From assembly GCA_044228505.1 (NCBI GenBank), contig JBGAUT010000001.1, forward strand, positions 172,113 through 236,112: 64,000 nt of DNA, written 5' to 3'. Origin of the DNA: Polyangia bacterium (lineage in GTDB: Bacteria; Myxococcota_A; Polyangia; Palsa-1104; JAEUJZ01). Made by a program: the position numbers and the translations under genes. The notes beneath the pieces are model-generated. The model worked only from the letters and a program-made list of their open reading frames with translations. It had not been told where the DNA came from and ran no database searches. This document shows positions 37,613 through 47,831 of this stretch, one piece after another; within the stretch, counting starts at the first letter, position 1; every line of letters begins with the position of its first letter.

Positions 37613-38497
37613 TTAGAAGAAGCCGCCGATGCCGAGGTTGATCAGGAAGCCTACGCTCGGCCCCATCGCTGGGACGGTGTTGCCGTACTGGTCGGTCAGC
37701 GTCCCTTCGGTGCTGTCCGGTGTTCCCAGTTCTCCGACCTTGCGGAAGCGAGTCTGGCCGCGCACGTCGAAGTTGAAGGCGAAGTGCGGACCGAGACGCC
37801 ACTCGAATCCGACGCCGCCCTGGACCTCGCCAAACAAGTGTGACTCATAGACGAGCGAGTCAAACTGATACAGTCTCGAATAGGTGATTCCACCGGCACC
37901 GACGAGATAGGGCGAAAACATCCACATCGGATTGCCCAGGTGGACGCGCATCCCAATCGTCATCGGCACATCAAATCGCTCGTACTGAAACTCGTTCCAA
38001 TACAGGTCTTCCTGCGAGATGCGCTGATACTGAAAGCCCATCTCGAGGGTGATCCGAGGGTGGACGCGGAACAGCAGATCGAGTCCACCGCCACCTGTGT
38101 TGTAGCTGCCGAAAGAGCCGTAGTTGCCATATCCGCCAAAGCGAGCGGCCAGGCCAAACTGGGCCCGGAAGCGATCGCCGTACACCAGCGACCGACGACC
38201 CACGGGCAGGGCGGGCTGATGGTGCTCTGGCTGATACACCGGAGCGGGCTGATACACCGGCTGCGGATAGTTCGGTTGCGGTTGATACACCGGAGCGGGC
38301 TGCGGATAGCTCGGCTGTGGTTGATAAGGCTGCGGCGGTGGCGGCTGATAGGGCTGGCCATATCCAACCGGCGGCGGCGCGTAGTAACCCTCGGGAGGCG
38401 GTGAGTTGGGATCGGGACCGACCTGGGCCATCGCAGCGCTCGGAATTGCCAAGGCGATGGTTCCTGCCAACGAGACAAGTAGTTGAGTTCGCGTCAT
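37613..38497 (-). CDS. Outer-membrane beta-barrel protein with Pro/Gln/Tyr-rich N-terminal repeats
   Basis: Signal peptide (AMA-Q); QPAPVYQP repeats; amphipathic strands; C-terminal Phe. Confidence 0.8.
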   Translation of the reverse strand: MTRTQLLVSLAGTIALAIPSAAMAQVGPDPNSPPPEGYYAPPPVGYGQPYQPPPPQPYQPQPSYPQPAPVYQPQPNYPQPVYQPAPVYQPEHHQPALPVGRRSLVYGDRFRAQFGLAARFGGYGNYGSFGSYNTGGGGLDLLFRVHPRITLEMGFQYQRISQEDLYWNEFQYERFDVPMTIGMRVHLGNPMWMFSPYLVGAGGITYSRLYQFDSLVYESHLFGEVQGGVGFEWRLGPHFAFNFDVRGQTRFRKVGELGTPDSTEGTLTDQYGNTVPAMGPSVGFLINLGIGGFF

Positions 38498-38582
38498 GGC
38501 GAGAGTCCTTTCGACGTGCTAGCTGGGCCGTGACCGACCTGGCTAGCCGCGTAGGTGAAGACTGGTTGTTGGCTTGAATCGT

Positions 38583-38599
38583 AGCAGCTTTGATGCCAG
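38583..38599 (-). promoter_or_regulatory. Candidate sigma-54 (-24/-12) promoter for the beta-barrel gene
   Basis: Minus strand CTGGCATCAAAGCTGCT = GG-N10-GC, ~85 bp upstream of the ATG. Confidence 0.45.
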
Positions 38600-38692
38600 C
38601 CGACGCTGTCGTCGGGGATAGGTCAGATGTATCGAACGGTTCACGATGCGGGGGGGAATCGTGAACAGCAGTCCTCACCGCAGCTCGGGCGG

Positions 38693-39490
38693 CTACTGCT
38701 TTTCGTCGATACCAGGCAGATCTTCGATGTTTGGCTGGAGCACGATTTCGATGCGACGATTTTGCCGCTTGCCGTCATCGGTGTCGTTCGATCCAACCGG
38801 AAGCACGTCGGCGTACCCCGCTGCAGACAGCCTGCGTGCGTCCATCCCTTCCTTGATCATCAGGTCGAGCACGGTGAGTGCTCGCTGCGAAGACAGCTCC
38901 CAGTTCGACTTGAAGCGAGAGTTCTTGCCCGTCGGGACGTTATCGGTGTGACCGGCTACCTGGAACTTGCGACCCTCGATGCTGCCGAGGATGCGGGTAA
39001 CCTGAGCGATCGCGTCCTGACCTTCCTTCTTCAGCTCGGTCTTGCCCGGATCAAACAGGATGTTGTCGGGGAGCTTGACCAGCATCTGGCCATTGCGGAC
39101 TTCCACCTGGAGCTTGCCCGCGTCCATCATCGCTTTGAACTTGGCGAGCAAATCACGGAACGCTTTGCTGCGCTTGTCGGCGGCGGCCTTGGCTCGCTCG
39201 AGGTCTTCGAGCGTCGCGCTGAGTTTGGCCATGCGCTCGAGCAGATCGGCCTTGTCCTTGCCGAGCTTGCCCATGCTGTCCTTCAGGTTATCGATCGTAC
39301 GCTGCAGGTCCGCCTTCTCCTTCTTTAGGTCGGCGATGTCCTGCTCGAGCTTCTGTTTCTGCTTCTCCAGGTCCGTGACCCGCGTTTGGAGGTCGGCGTT
39401 TTCGCGCAGCTTCTGTTCCCACTGCTCTTTGGGGATGCCGCAGCCAGCGGCGAGGCCAAGCATAAGGACAAAGGACAGTGCTCTTTTCAT
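38693..39490 (-). CDS. OmpA/MotB-family lipoprotein with coiled coil
   Basis: Lipobox AAGC; heptad region; LFDPG, GHTDN, NWELS..RA, NRRIEI. Confidence 0.92.
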   Translation of the reverse strand: MKRALSFVLMLGLAAGCGIPKEQWEQKLRENADLQTRVTDLEKQKQKLEQDIADLKKEKADLQRTIDNLKDSMGKLGKDKADLLERMAKLSATLEDLERAKAAADKRSKAFRDLLAKFKAMMDAGKLQVEVRNGQMLVKLPDNILFDPGKTELKKEGQDAIAQVTRILGSIEGRKFQVAGHTDNVPTGKNSRFKSNWELSSQRALTVLDLMIKEGMDARRLSAAGYADVLPVGSNDTDDGKRQNRRIEIVLQPNIEDLPGIDEKQ

Positions 39491-39695
39491 GGGTGCTACT
39501 CCGCGTGTCAAGAAGGAGGCCACAGAGCCCTCCATGGCGGCTCTAGGGCACAAGAACGGTTTTTCTATCCTAACCTCAATTGGCCAGCGCTGAAAACGGT
39601 TGTCGGCGACGCCTTTGCGTGGCCATGCACAGTACCGAGCCTGCGGCGTGGGGATTTATTGGATGTGGGGAGGAGACGTTTGGTAAAAAGTGGCC

Positions 39696-40520
39696 ATGGT
39701 TGCTTCCTTAGCTCGGCAGTCTCTCGGTTTTCGGCGATGGGTTGTGCCGTTCTGTCTCTGCGCTCAGGTTCATCTGTCGTCTTGCAGTCACGGTGGTGCC
39801 CGAGAAGGTGGCAACTATGGCGATGGCGGAGCCGTCGACCTGCGGACCCCTCACGATTTTTCGGTGATGACGGATGGTGGCGATCCCGACGATCTGTCAC
39901 TGGGCTCGGACCTGGCGATGTCGACAGATTTGGCTGGGCTTCGTGACTTTTCGGCACCATTTGACTTTACGGTGCCGGCGGATATGTCACTGCCTCCCGA
40001 TCTGAGTCGTCCGCCTGATATGTCGACTCGGCCGCCTTGCATGCGCGGGACAGGCTGGGCCGCGTTTCGTTTCCACTACTCCGGGAGTACCTCAGCGAGC
40101 ATTGATGCGCTGGGCTTGCCTGATCGCAGCAACTTCGAGGCGGTTCCGGCTCGGTCGACCAGCTTCACCGACGCACTCCATGGCGGCGGCATCGAGATCG
40201 CCAGCGGGAACTGGATTTTGATTCGGTTTAGCGTGGTTGGCCTGACCAGCATTCGAGGGGCGACCTTGTCCGTTTACGGACGGTCCTACAACACCGGTGC
40301 GAGCGGAAGCTTTGACGCATGGTCACCGATTTACGGCAGCATCAAGTCACCGACCAACTCGATCTCAAATGCTTGGCCGTACACATGGACCAGCGTTGAT
40401 TACTCGGGGAACGTAAAGGTCGGCGATGCGCCCGGTTTGACCGGAATTCGACTCTACGCAGGTCCATCGTCGAACGACTTGGTCATCAACACCGTTGAGC
40501 TTTGCCTTGATGCGACCTGA
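39696..40520 (+). CDS. Hypothetical lipoprotein with D-[MLF]-[SAT] repeat linker and beta-rich C-terminal domain
   Basis: LSSC lipobox-like; DFS/DLS/DLA/DMS repeats; Cys pair flanking the C-terminal domain. Confidence 0.65.
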   Translation: MVASLARQSLGFRRWVVPFCLCAQVHLSSCSHGGAREGGNYGDGGAVDLRTPHDFSVMTDGGDPDDLSLGSDLAMSTDLAGLRDFSAPFDFTVPADMSLPPDLSRPPDMSTRPPCMRGTGWAAFRFHYSGSTSASIDALGLPDRSNFEAVPARSTSFTDALHGGGIEIASGNWILIRFSVVGLTSIRGATLSVYGRSYNTGASGSFDAWSPIYGSIKSPTNSISNAWPYTWTSVDYSGNVKVGDAPGLTGIRLYAGPSSNDLVINTVELCLDAT

Positions 40521-40572
40521 CCCGGGGGAGATTCTTCGACGAAGTGACCGGAGCGCGATACGCTGGCTAGCG

Positions 40573-41286
40573 ATGCGCTGCAGCGGTCGGTGGTTCACGG
40601 TATTCTGCGGGTGTGCGTTTGCGAGCTTCGTTCCCTCGCTAACACGGGCTGAGTTGCAGTCGGTAAAGCCGGTTGCTACCAAATCAGTGGCTGCCAAGCC
40701 ATCTGTGACCAAGCCAGCGGTGACCAAGCCTGCAGTGACCAAGCCAGCGAATGCGCAGCCCGTTGTGGTCAGGCCGGTGCCACCGGTCCCGGTCCTTCCA
40801 TCAAACCTTCCTCCGCCACCTTTGGTGTCATCGCCGGAACCCAGTGTTGGTGCAGGTACGGTTGGAGGGCTCGCCAATGATTTGGTGCTGCAGCCGCTCC
40901 CTCCGCCGATACGACGCGATGCCAAACAGATTCGCATGGGCGCGCTCATCTGGGCCGCAGGATATCTGCCTGCGTTCATCGCTCCGCTGCTGCTGTGGCC
41001 AAAGGTCGATACTGCGGACGGACCTAGCGCGCTTGCGAACTATTCCCTGTTGGTACCGTTGATCGGTCCGTATATCTCGGCGATCGCGGCTCCGGCGCAG
41101 GCCGAAGAGGGCAACGGTCGCGCAGTGCTTTCTGCCTGGAGCGTTCCGTGGCTTCTCACGAGCGGATTACTCCAGACGACCGGCTTTGTGATGCTGCTCA
41201 GTGGAGCGATTCCTCGTCTACGTGACGTGGATGGCATCGCCATTTTACCTACTTCAAACGGGGCTACGGTTCTCGGACGCTTCTAA
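40573..41286 (+). CDS. Hypothetical exported/membrane protein
   Basis: Signal-like N-terminus, KPAVT repeats, hydrophobic segments, C-terminal GRF. Confidence 0.6.
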   Translation: MRCSGRWFTVFCGCAFASFVPSLTRAELQSVKPVATKSVAAKPSVTKPAVTKPAVTKPANAQPVVVRPVPPVPVLPSNLPPPPLVSSPEPSVGAGTVGGLANDLVLQPLPPPIRRDAKQIRMGALIWAAGYLPAFIAPLLLWPKVDTADGPSALANYSLLVPLIGPYISAIAAPAQAEEGNGRAVLSAWSVPWLLTSGLLQTTGFVMLLSGAIPRLRDVDGIAILPTSNGATVLGRF

Positions 41287-41296
41287 GGTGGCCAAC

Positions 41297-42262
41297 ATGA
41301 AGATCCTCCTTACCGGGTGCGCGGGCTTTATTGGCAGTCATCTTGCGAAGCGACTGCTCGACCTCGGGATGACCGTGGTTGGCCTTGACTGCTTGGACGA
41401 GACGCTGTACCCCGCCGCTCTTCATCGTGAGCAGCTCGCGCCGCTTCTAGTCCGGCCCCGCTTCCAGTTTGTCGAAGGCGACATCCTTTCTGCCGGACTC
41501 CTGGCTGAGCTGACAAAAGAGGCATCTGCGGTGATTCATTTGGCCGCACTGGCGGGCGTTCGACCTTCCCTGGCCCAGGCCAGCCGCTACATGCGCTGCA
41601 ATGTCGAGGGTACCCAGAACGTACTGTCTGCCTGTCGACAACAAGGAATCCGTCGCATCGTGTTTGCCTCATCCAGCTCGGTGTATGGAGCACATTGTGC
41701 GGTGCCCTTTCGGGAAGAAGACCCGGCGGTTCGACCGGCTTCTCCCTACGCTGCCAGCAAGCGGGCCGGAGAGCTGTTGTGCGCGACCCACTGTGACCTA
41801 TATGGTGGAGCGATCGCGGCGCTGCGCTTCTTCACCGTGTATGGACCGCATCAGCGTCCCGAGATGGCCATCGCTAGCTTTGCGGCCCGAATCCTGAGCG
41901 GTGAGACCGTTTTTTTGCACGGCAGTGGGGATAGCGCCCGCGACTACACCTACATCGACGACATCATCGATGGCATCGTCGCGGCGCTGCAGAAGACCGA
42001 AAACGACTCGCTTGGCCTGCGCAGTTACAACCTGGGCGGCGAACACACGACCACGCTACGTGATCTGGTCCGGCTGCTCGAATCGGCGCTTGGTCGTCCG
42101 GCACGAATCGAGTGGCGACCCGACCAGCCTGGCGATGTTCCGATTACCTGGGCCTCCCTCGAGCGATCCCGCCGCGAGCTAGACTATTCGCCCAAGGTTG
42201 CGATTCAGCAAGGCATCGTCCGATACTGCGATTGGCTCAAGACTCGTCGCGACCACGTCTGA
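41297..42262 (+). CDS. NAD-dependent epimerase/dehydratase (UDP-glucuronate 4-epimerase-like)
   Basis: TGCAGFIG, HLAA.AGVR.S, ASSSSVYG, YAASK, RFFTVYGP.QRP.MA, QPGDV. Confidence 0.92.
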   Translation: MKILLTGCAGFIGSHLAKRLLDLGMTVVGLDCLDETLYPAALHREQLAPLLVRPRFQFVEGDILSAGLLAELTKEASAVIHLAALAGVRPSLAQASRYMRCNVEGTQNVLSACRQQGIRRIVFASSSSVYGAHCAVPFREEDPAVRPASPYAASKRAGELLCATHCDLYGGAIAALRFFTVYGPHQRPEMAIASFAARILSGETVFLHGSGDSARDYTYIDDIIDGIVAALQKTENDSLGLRSYNLGGEHTTTLRDLVRLLESALGRPARIEWRPDQPGDVPITWASLERSRRELDYSPKVAIQQGIVRYCDWLKTRRDHV

Positions 42263-42862
42263 GCCTGCTTCGTCTCCGCCCGTCTTCCGTTCATCCTGTC
42301 GGCAACCCGCCACGCTCGAGCACTGCCCAGCGAACCCCCCTGACTCCGCCTACCCTCGCGGGTGAGCTCGCGAGAGGCGCGGTTTGCTATGTGTGGTGAA
42401 CCACTGCGGTTTTGTGGAATTTGCTAATTTGATAAATATGCATGTGTCTATTATTGTGCTGATTTGTGATTGAATTATAATACATATCCTAATTGTGTGG
42501 TTGGTGGTCCGACCTTATGGCGTGGACTTTCGAGTGTTGGCGTTATGGTGGTCAACCTCAGGTGGTCTTCCGTCTCAGCTTCGAGAAAATGACGCTTTGT
42601 CAGATGTTCGCGCAGCATGTCGTCTCTCGTGTTTCCTGCCCTTACGTTATCTCACTTATTTTTATGTTGGTGTAAAATACTTGGATCGAATTCGCTTGGC
42701 TGTTTGATATCCTTCTACGCGGTGTTTCGTAATCTGGTCATTGCAAATGTGTTGTAATTGGCGCACTTACGCTACAGCAGCTACCTGGAGCCGAGCCTCC
42801 TCTTTGGCGGTCGGTCGTCGAGGTGACTGCGTGCTAGCGAAGCGCAGGGGAGGGCGCCATTG

Positions 42863-43687
42863 ATGCTTCTTCTTGCGATCTCGATGATGGCAGGCATGGA
42901 CGTTGGGAACGGCTCTCGATATGGCTATGAGGGGGATGCGTTCGACAACGTCGGGACGTTCGCGTGCCGAAGGACACTGGCTTCACGATACGGGCAGAAG
43001 ACCTGGCAGAAGATGCGAGACCATGGCGTGGCTCATCGCACGCTGGCGTGTGGAACGCGGCTTGGCATCTGTAATCAGCGTACAGGTCGTTGTACCACTG
43101 CCTATGTGGTAGATCGTGGGCCCTGGGGTGCACTCAATCACAATGGGGAATGGCACGTAAGGACCGGTAAGCTGCTTCCTGGGGAGCACTATCGTGGAGT
43201 GCTCGATCTTCTACCAGGCGTGTATTCGGCAATTGACCTCCAGGGGATCGAAAAGGTCGTGTTTTGGCGGATGCCCGATCCCCATCAATCGCAGACAAGT
43301 CGCGACAACCGACTGCCACCGCTGCGTAGTTTTGGGCCGAGCCCGTTCGCGTTCTACCTGGCCCCCAGCCATCGCAGTACTCCCTTTCCGCCGCTGCGGC
43401 CGCTCGATCCTCACGTGATGCTGGCGGCCGTTACGGTGCCAAAGAGGGAGCGCGTTGGCGAGATACCTCCACTGCGGGGGATCGAGCTGCTTCCGTCCGG
43501 TCCAGCGATCGTGGCCACAGCCGCAGCACCTGCTCCGGCCGCTCGGTCGGTATCTCAGGCCTTCCCGCCACTGCGGGATGCCTACGCACCCATGCCAGTG
43601 GTGATGGTGCAGTCGCGCTACGGAATGGGCCGCTCTGCCAAGCCGATTGCTCAGCCTTCGACTCGTCCGATGCCTGCCAACAGCTAA
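42863..43687 (+). CDS. RlpA-like (DPBB) exported protein with Pro-rich tail
   Basis: AHRTL.CGT...N..TG......VVDRGP...LDL. Confidence 0.75.
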   Translation: MLLLAISMMAGMDVGNGSRYGYEGDAFDNVGTFACRRTLASRYGQKTWQKMRDHGVAHRTLACGTRLGICNQRTGRCTTAYVVDRGPWGALNHNGEWHVRTGKLLPGEHYRGVLDLLPGVYSAIDLQGIEKVVFWRMPDPHQSQTSRDNRLPPLRSFGPSPFAFYLAPSHRSTPFPPLRPLDPHVMLAAVTVPKRERVGEIPPLRGIELLPSGPAIVATAAAPAPAARSVSQAFPPLRDAYAPMPVVMVQSRYGMGRSAKPIAQPSTRPMPANS

Positions 43688-43867
43688 GCCTACTTTGCGC
43701 GAACCTACGCGTTACCGACGGCGCATCATCCGGTCCACGGATGATCGGCACGTCTCGTGGCACGTGCTGACTCCTCACGGAGAGCATTCCATTGTTGGTC
43801 TATAGGAAGAGGGAGTGAGGTAGGGCGAGGCCCTGATGAGCCCCGGAGTGCGGCGGAGCGGTCTGTG

Positions 43868-44461
43868 CTACGCGGAGGGAGTGGTGGTCGTCGCGGGCGC
43901 GGTGGTTCCGATGGTGTACAGCGAGCCCGGGCCGTTTGGGTCTTTGTTGCGATCGAGCTTGCCGCTCTTCACCAGGTTGGTGAGGTTGTTGTCGGACTTG
44001 CCGCCACGACCCTGGGCTTCCCAGTGCTTGCGGATCTGCTCAGTGGTCGCTCCACCTTGGGCCTTGACGAAGCGTAGAATCAGCTCGTCACCTGTGATCT
44101 CGAAAGAGCCACGGGCCTTGCTCGAACCCTTGGTGGCTTTGGTGGTCTTGGGAGCCTTGGCCTTGGTGGCTTTGGTGGTCTTGGGAGCCTTGGCCTTGGT
44201 GGCTTTGGTGGTCTTGGGAGCCTTGGCTGCCGCCTTCTTACCACCACGCTTGCTGGGGGCCGATGCCGTCGCTGCGGCCTTCGTGGAACCACCCTTCTTC
44301 GGGCCGCGCTTCTTGCCAGCCGAGTCTTTTAGGAGGCGATCCAGGCCGTACATGCGGAAGGTGTTTTCGATCTCTTCGAGAGCGCGGACGTGCTCCTTGC
44401 GGATCGTCGTGAGCTGCTTGATGAGGTCCTGAAGTTCGTTCGAGGTGCTGCGCTTCTTCAT
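43868..44461 (-). CDS. Histone H1-like basic protein: N-terminal coiled coil, K/A/T repeats, C-terminal winged-helix-like domain
   Basis: KAPKTTKATKA x3; ILRFVK..GATT..I......LT.LVK.G.L.R. Confidence 0.75.
   Translation of the reverse strand: MKKRSTSNELQDLIKQLTTIRKEHVRALEEIENTFRMYGLDRLLKDSAGKKRGPKKGGSTKAAATASAPSKRGGKKAAAKAPKTTKATKAKAPKTTKATKAKAPKTTKATKGSSKARGSFEITGDELILRFVKAQGGATTEQIRKHWEAQGRGGKSDNNLTNLVKSGKLDRNKDPNGPGSLYTIGTTAPATTTTPSA
44128..44226 (-). repeat. Perfect 33-bp tandem repeat x3 (coding)
   Basis: ccttggtggctttggtggtcttgggagccttgg repeated at 44128, 44161 and 44194. Confidence 0.95.
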
Positions 44462-44887
44462 GGTGAATCCTTTGCGAGGCTAGTAGTAGTGCTGGAAACG
44501 GAGCGAAAGGTACATGAGAGGAACGGAGGCTACAAGAGCCAATCGCGATAGATTTGCGAAAGGTGTTTGTGGTCCGCTCTCTGTTGGGATTTTCCGACGG
44601 GAAATCGGCGCTGCCAGGCAGCTTTGGGAGTCCTCTGTGAAGACATGGGGAGGCTATCGGGAGGCCAGGGGAAGGCTTCTGGGAAAAAGCAGCCACGGAC
44701 CCATGAGGTTGCTGAGGGGGCCGCTGCTCTGCGGTTTGGGAGTAACTGCCAAGCCGGGCGGGTGGTGCGGTCGTGTTGCCCGGCCGGATAGATTGAGCAG
44801 CGAAACGCTCGATCTGGCAGAGCTCGCTTGCTATAGTCGGGGCGATTTTCGGATCGAGAGATCCGCTACCGTCGTCAAGGAGTCGCC

Positions 44888-47104
44888 ATGTCGCTTGTTC
44901 CAAGTCGCCGCAGGGTTTCCGTGGGTAAGGGGGGGCGGGGCGTTCTGACTGGTTTGCTGCTGCTCGCGGCCTGTAGTCCGGCCCGTGTTGGCGTTGATGA
45001 GGACGCTCGCGATGGAGGCGAAGATCCTTCTGCGGACATGACCATGGGGCCGCGTATCCCATGTGGTCCGGACCAGCCGTGTCCCACCGGATGGCTCTGT
45101 CATATGACGCAGTGTGTCCCGGACCGTGGCACTTGCTGCTCGGACAACGACTGCCAAAATGACACCCGATGTAGTGTGCAAGTCGGCGATGGTGGGAGCT
45201 GCGGCATCTGCCTAGACTGGAAAGACGGCGATTCGGACGCGATGTGCAAAGGCAACGGCTTTTCCGCGACCGAGTTCAAGGCACCGGTGGATCACTGCCA
45301 ATGGCCTCCTAAAACGGGCCCGGCTCCGAGCGCTCGCGATGTGGTGATGACGCCGCTCGTAATCGACTTGGATGGAGATACGTTTCCCGAGATCATCTTT
45401 GCGCCTCAGACCGGTGCAGGACCTAGCCGATTGGTGGCGATGTCCGGCAAGGACTGCGCCGTTCGGTACGATGTCGCGGCCAACTTGCAGGGCTTTTCGC
45501 AGATTGCTGCTGCGGATCTCGATGGCGATAAGCGTCCAGAGATCGTCGGTATTTTATCGACAGGAGCACCGGGCTCGGGTCACCCAGTCGCCGTGTTTGA
45601 GGGCACCACGGGCAAGCTCTTGGCAAGCAGCGGTGAGTCCTATTCACTGTCCGGAGGTGTGGCGTTCGATTGTTCGGGTCCGGCGATTGCGGATCTCGAT
45701 GGCGATGGCAAGCCCGAGATCATTGTCGGTGGAATGGTGCTGCGCTGGAACAAGGTCAAAGGTCAGCTAGATAAGGTGTTCAACACGCCGGTGTCGGGCG
45801 CGACCTGGGGAACCCTGACTTTGGTGAACGACATGGACGGAGACGGCAAGCCGGAGATCATCTCGGGCAACCGCATCTTCGACGGGTTGACCGGTGCCGA
45901 CAAGACGCCGACCTCCATGATCACGCTCGCGCAGGGTGGGTACCCGGCGATTGGTGACTTCAACAAAGACGGCAGTCCCGATCTGGTGTTTGTGCAGTCT
46001 GCGAGCGGCGATCAGAAGGTCGCGGTGATCGATGTCAAAGCCGACAAATTCCTGATGTCTCCGACCACAATTCCCAACGGATGGGGTGGGCCTCCTACGG
46101 TGGCGGACTTTGATGGGGATGGGACTCCGGATTTCGGGACGGCTGGGCCGCGCTCCTATTACGTATTCTCGCTCGACTGCTTGAAGACTCCCAAGCCAGC
46201 CAAGTGTCGGGGGTCCCTTCCGGGAGTGCTGTGGAATACCGTGACCAAGGATCAGTCCTCTGGCGGTACCGCATCCTCGGTTTTTGATTTCAACGGAGAT
46301 GGTCGAGCGGAGGTGGTCTACCGAGATGAGTGCTGGCTGCGCGTCTACAACGGCCCCGATGGCAAGACCGTGTTTGCGCGACCTATCACGTCCGGCACTG
46401 CACTAGAGATGCCGATTGTCGCCGATGTTGATAATGACGGACACGCCGATCTCATCGTTCCTTCGGATTCGATCCAGGGCAATGGCTACTGTGCAGACCA
46501 GAACCCGGAGCGAGATACCGGCATGGCGCACACCGGCGTGACCCAAGGCGTGTTCGTCCTGAAAGATCCCATGAATCGCTGGATGCCATCGCGGTCGATG
46601 TGGAACGAGCACTCCTATCACATCACCAACGTCAACGACGACGGGACAGTGCCAGCTTCCGAGACCCCGAACTGGACAACGTACAACAACTATCGACAGA
46701 ACATTCAAGGCACTCTGGTGAAGACGGTGCCGCTACCAGATGCCACAAGTCGTGGCTCGACCTCGCCAGATCAGACGGACTGTTCCAAGCAGTGGAAGCT
46801 CTACGCGCAAATCTGCAATCGAGGCTCGGATCTGATCGCGGGCATGCTGCCGGGTACCTTCTATCAAAAGGATCCACGGGTCGAAGCGTCGAGCGCAATC
46901 TGTGTGGCGTACACGACCGCGCCGATTCAGCCAGGAAAGTGCGAGGTTGTAAGTTGTCCGTGGATGAATCCACCGCAAGGCACAGTGGATCTGTGGTTCC
47001 GAGCCAACGACGATGGCAAGGGAGCGCGTCCGCAGCCGCAGTGCAAAAACGGAAATGATCTGGCGTTTATGCCGGGTACGCGCTGTACGCAGGGTCCGGG
47101 CTAG
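44888..47104 (+). CDS. FG-GAP/VCBS repeat lipoprotein with Cys-rich N-terminus and Ig-like (CARDB-like) C-terminus
   Basis: Lipobox LAAC; repeated DLDGDG.PEI; SSVFDFNGDGRAEVVYRDE; WNEHSYHITNV. Confidence 0.88.
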   Translation: MSLVPSRRRVSVGKGGRGVLTGLLLLAACSPARVGVDEDARDGGEDPSADMTMGPRIPCGPDQPCPTGWLCHMTQCVPDRGTCCSDNDCQNDTRCSVQVGDGGSCGICLDWKDGDSDAMCKGNGFSATEFKAPVDHCQWPPKTGPAPSARDVVMTPLVIDLDGDTFPEIIFAPQTGAGPSRLVAMSGKDCAVRYDVAANLQGFSQIAAADLDGDKRPEIVGILSTGAPGSGHPVAVFEGTTGKLLASSGESYSLSGGVAFDCSGPAIADLDGDGKPEIIVGGMVLRWNKVKGQLDKVFNTPVSGATWGTLTLVNDMDGDGKPEIISGNRIFDGLTGADKTPTSMITLAQGGYPAIGDFNKDGSPDLVFVQSASGDQKVAVIDVKADKFLMSPTTIPNGWGGPPTVADFDGDGTPDFGTAGPRSYYVFSLDCLKTPKPAKCRGSLPGVLWNTVTKDQSSGGTASSVFDFNGDGRAEVVYRDECWLRVYNGPDGKTVFARPITSGTALEMPIVADVDNDGHADLIVPSDSIQGNGYCADQNPERDTGMAHTGVTQGVFVLKDPMNRWMPSRSMWNEHSYHITNVNDDGTVPASETPNWTTYNNYRQNIQGTLVKTVPLPDATSRGSTSPDQTDCSKQWKLYAQICNRGSDLIAGMLPGTFYQKDPRVEASSAICVAYTTAPIQPGKCEVVSCPWMNPPQGTVDLWFRANDDGKGARPQPQCKNGNDLAFMPGTRCTQGPG

Positions 47105-47667
47105 TACATGTTTGCGCCGGGAGGTGGCTGGTTGGTCGATGGTGGCGTCTCGGGCGGCTTGGCTGGCTGAGCAGCGGCAGCAGCGGCCTCCCAGGCCTTC
47201 TTGGCTTCCTCGACGATGTTTTCTGGCTGAATCTCGCCTGCGATGATGCGGCGGATGGTCGGGAAGAAGTCGGCGGCGGTCTTGACGGTCAGACGGAACA
47301 TGGCCTGGACTTCGTTTGGACGAATCGAGCCGCGTGGATAAATCGGCAGGTACAGTCGATAGGCAACCAGGCCGTGCTGATGGTTGAGATCGAAGCCCGG
47401 GATCGCCAGCGCGTGGTTGAGCCTCGTGACCGCATCGCTCACGATCAGCAGCTTGTCCGCAGGAACCTCAATCGGCAGCGCCTGGATGAACTGGATGACG
47501 CCATCCGAGTCCTGCCAGCGCATCAGCAGCACGCTATCTAGCTCGCCACGCTGGGTGGGGATCTGCACCGTCTGCTCGGCGAGGTCGGTCTTGTGAAGAA
47601 CTCCGTCCTTTTCAAGCAGCTTGACGAGGTCGGGGAAGTTGCCAATTGAGGTCGGATCGGTGGCCAT
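47101..47667 (-). CDS. YbjN / type III chaperone-like (CesT fold) protein
   Basis: V.RLNH.L..PGF.L....G.V.YR pattern; acidic; AGGAG RBS. Confidence 0.7.
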   Translation of the reverse strand: MATDPTSIGNFPDLVKLLEKDGVLHKTDLAEQTVQIPTQRGELDSVLLMRWQDSDGVIQFIQALPIEVPADKLLIVSDAVTRLNHALAIPGFDLNHQHGLVAYRLYLPIYPRGSIRPNEVQAMFRLTVKTAADFFPTIRRIIAGEIQPENIVEEAKKAWEAAAAAAQPAKPPETPPSTNQPPPGANMY

Positions 47668-47831
47668 GGAAGACTCTCCTTGCGGATGTTCGAGTAAAGG
47701 ACTTGTGGCGGTGGGGAATGGCAGAGGGCGTAGTCACACAGTGAGGCTCCTAAGGAGCGCCCCCTCAGCAATCGTTCGGACCGCTTGGCTTGTTATGTTA
47801 CAGGCTTTGGAAGAAAGATGGAACGGCTGAC

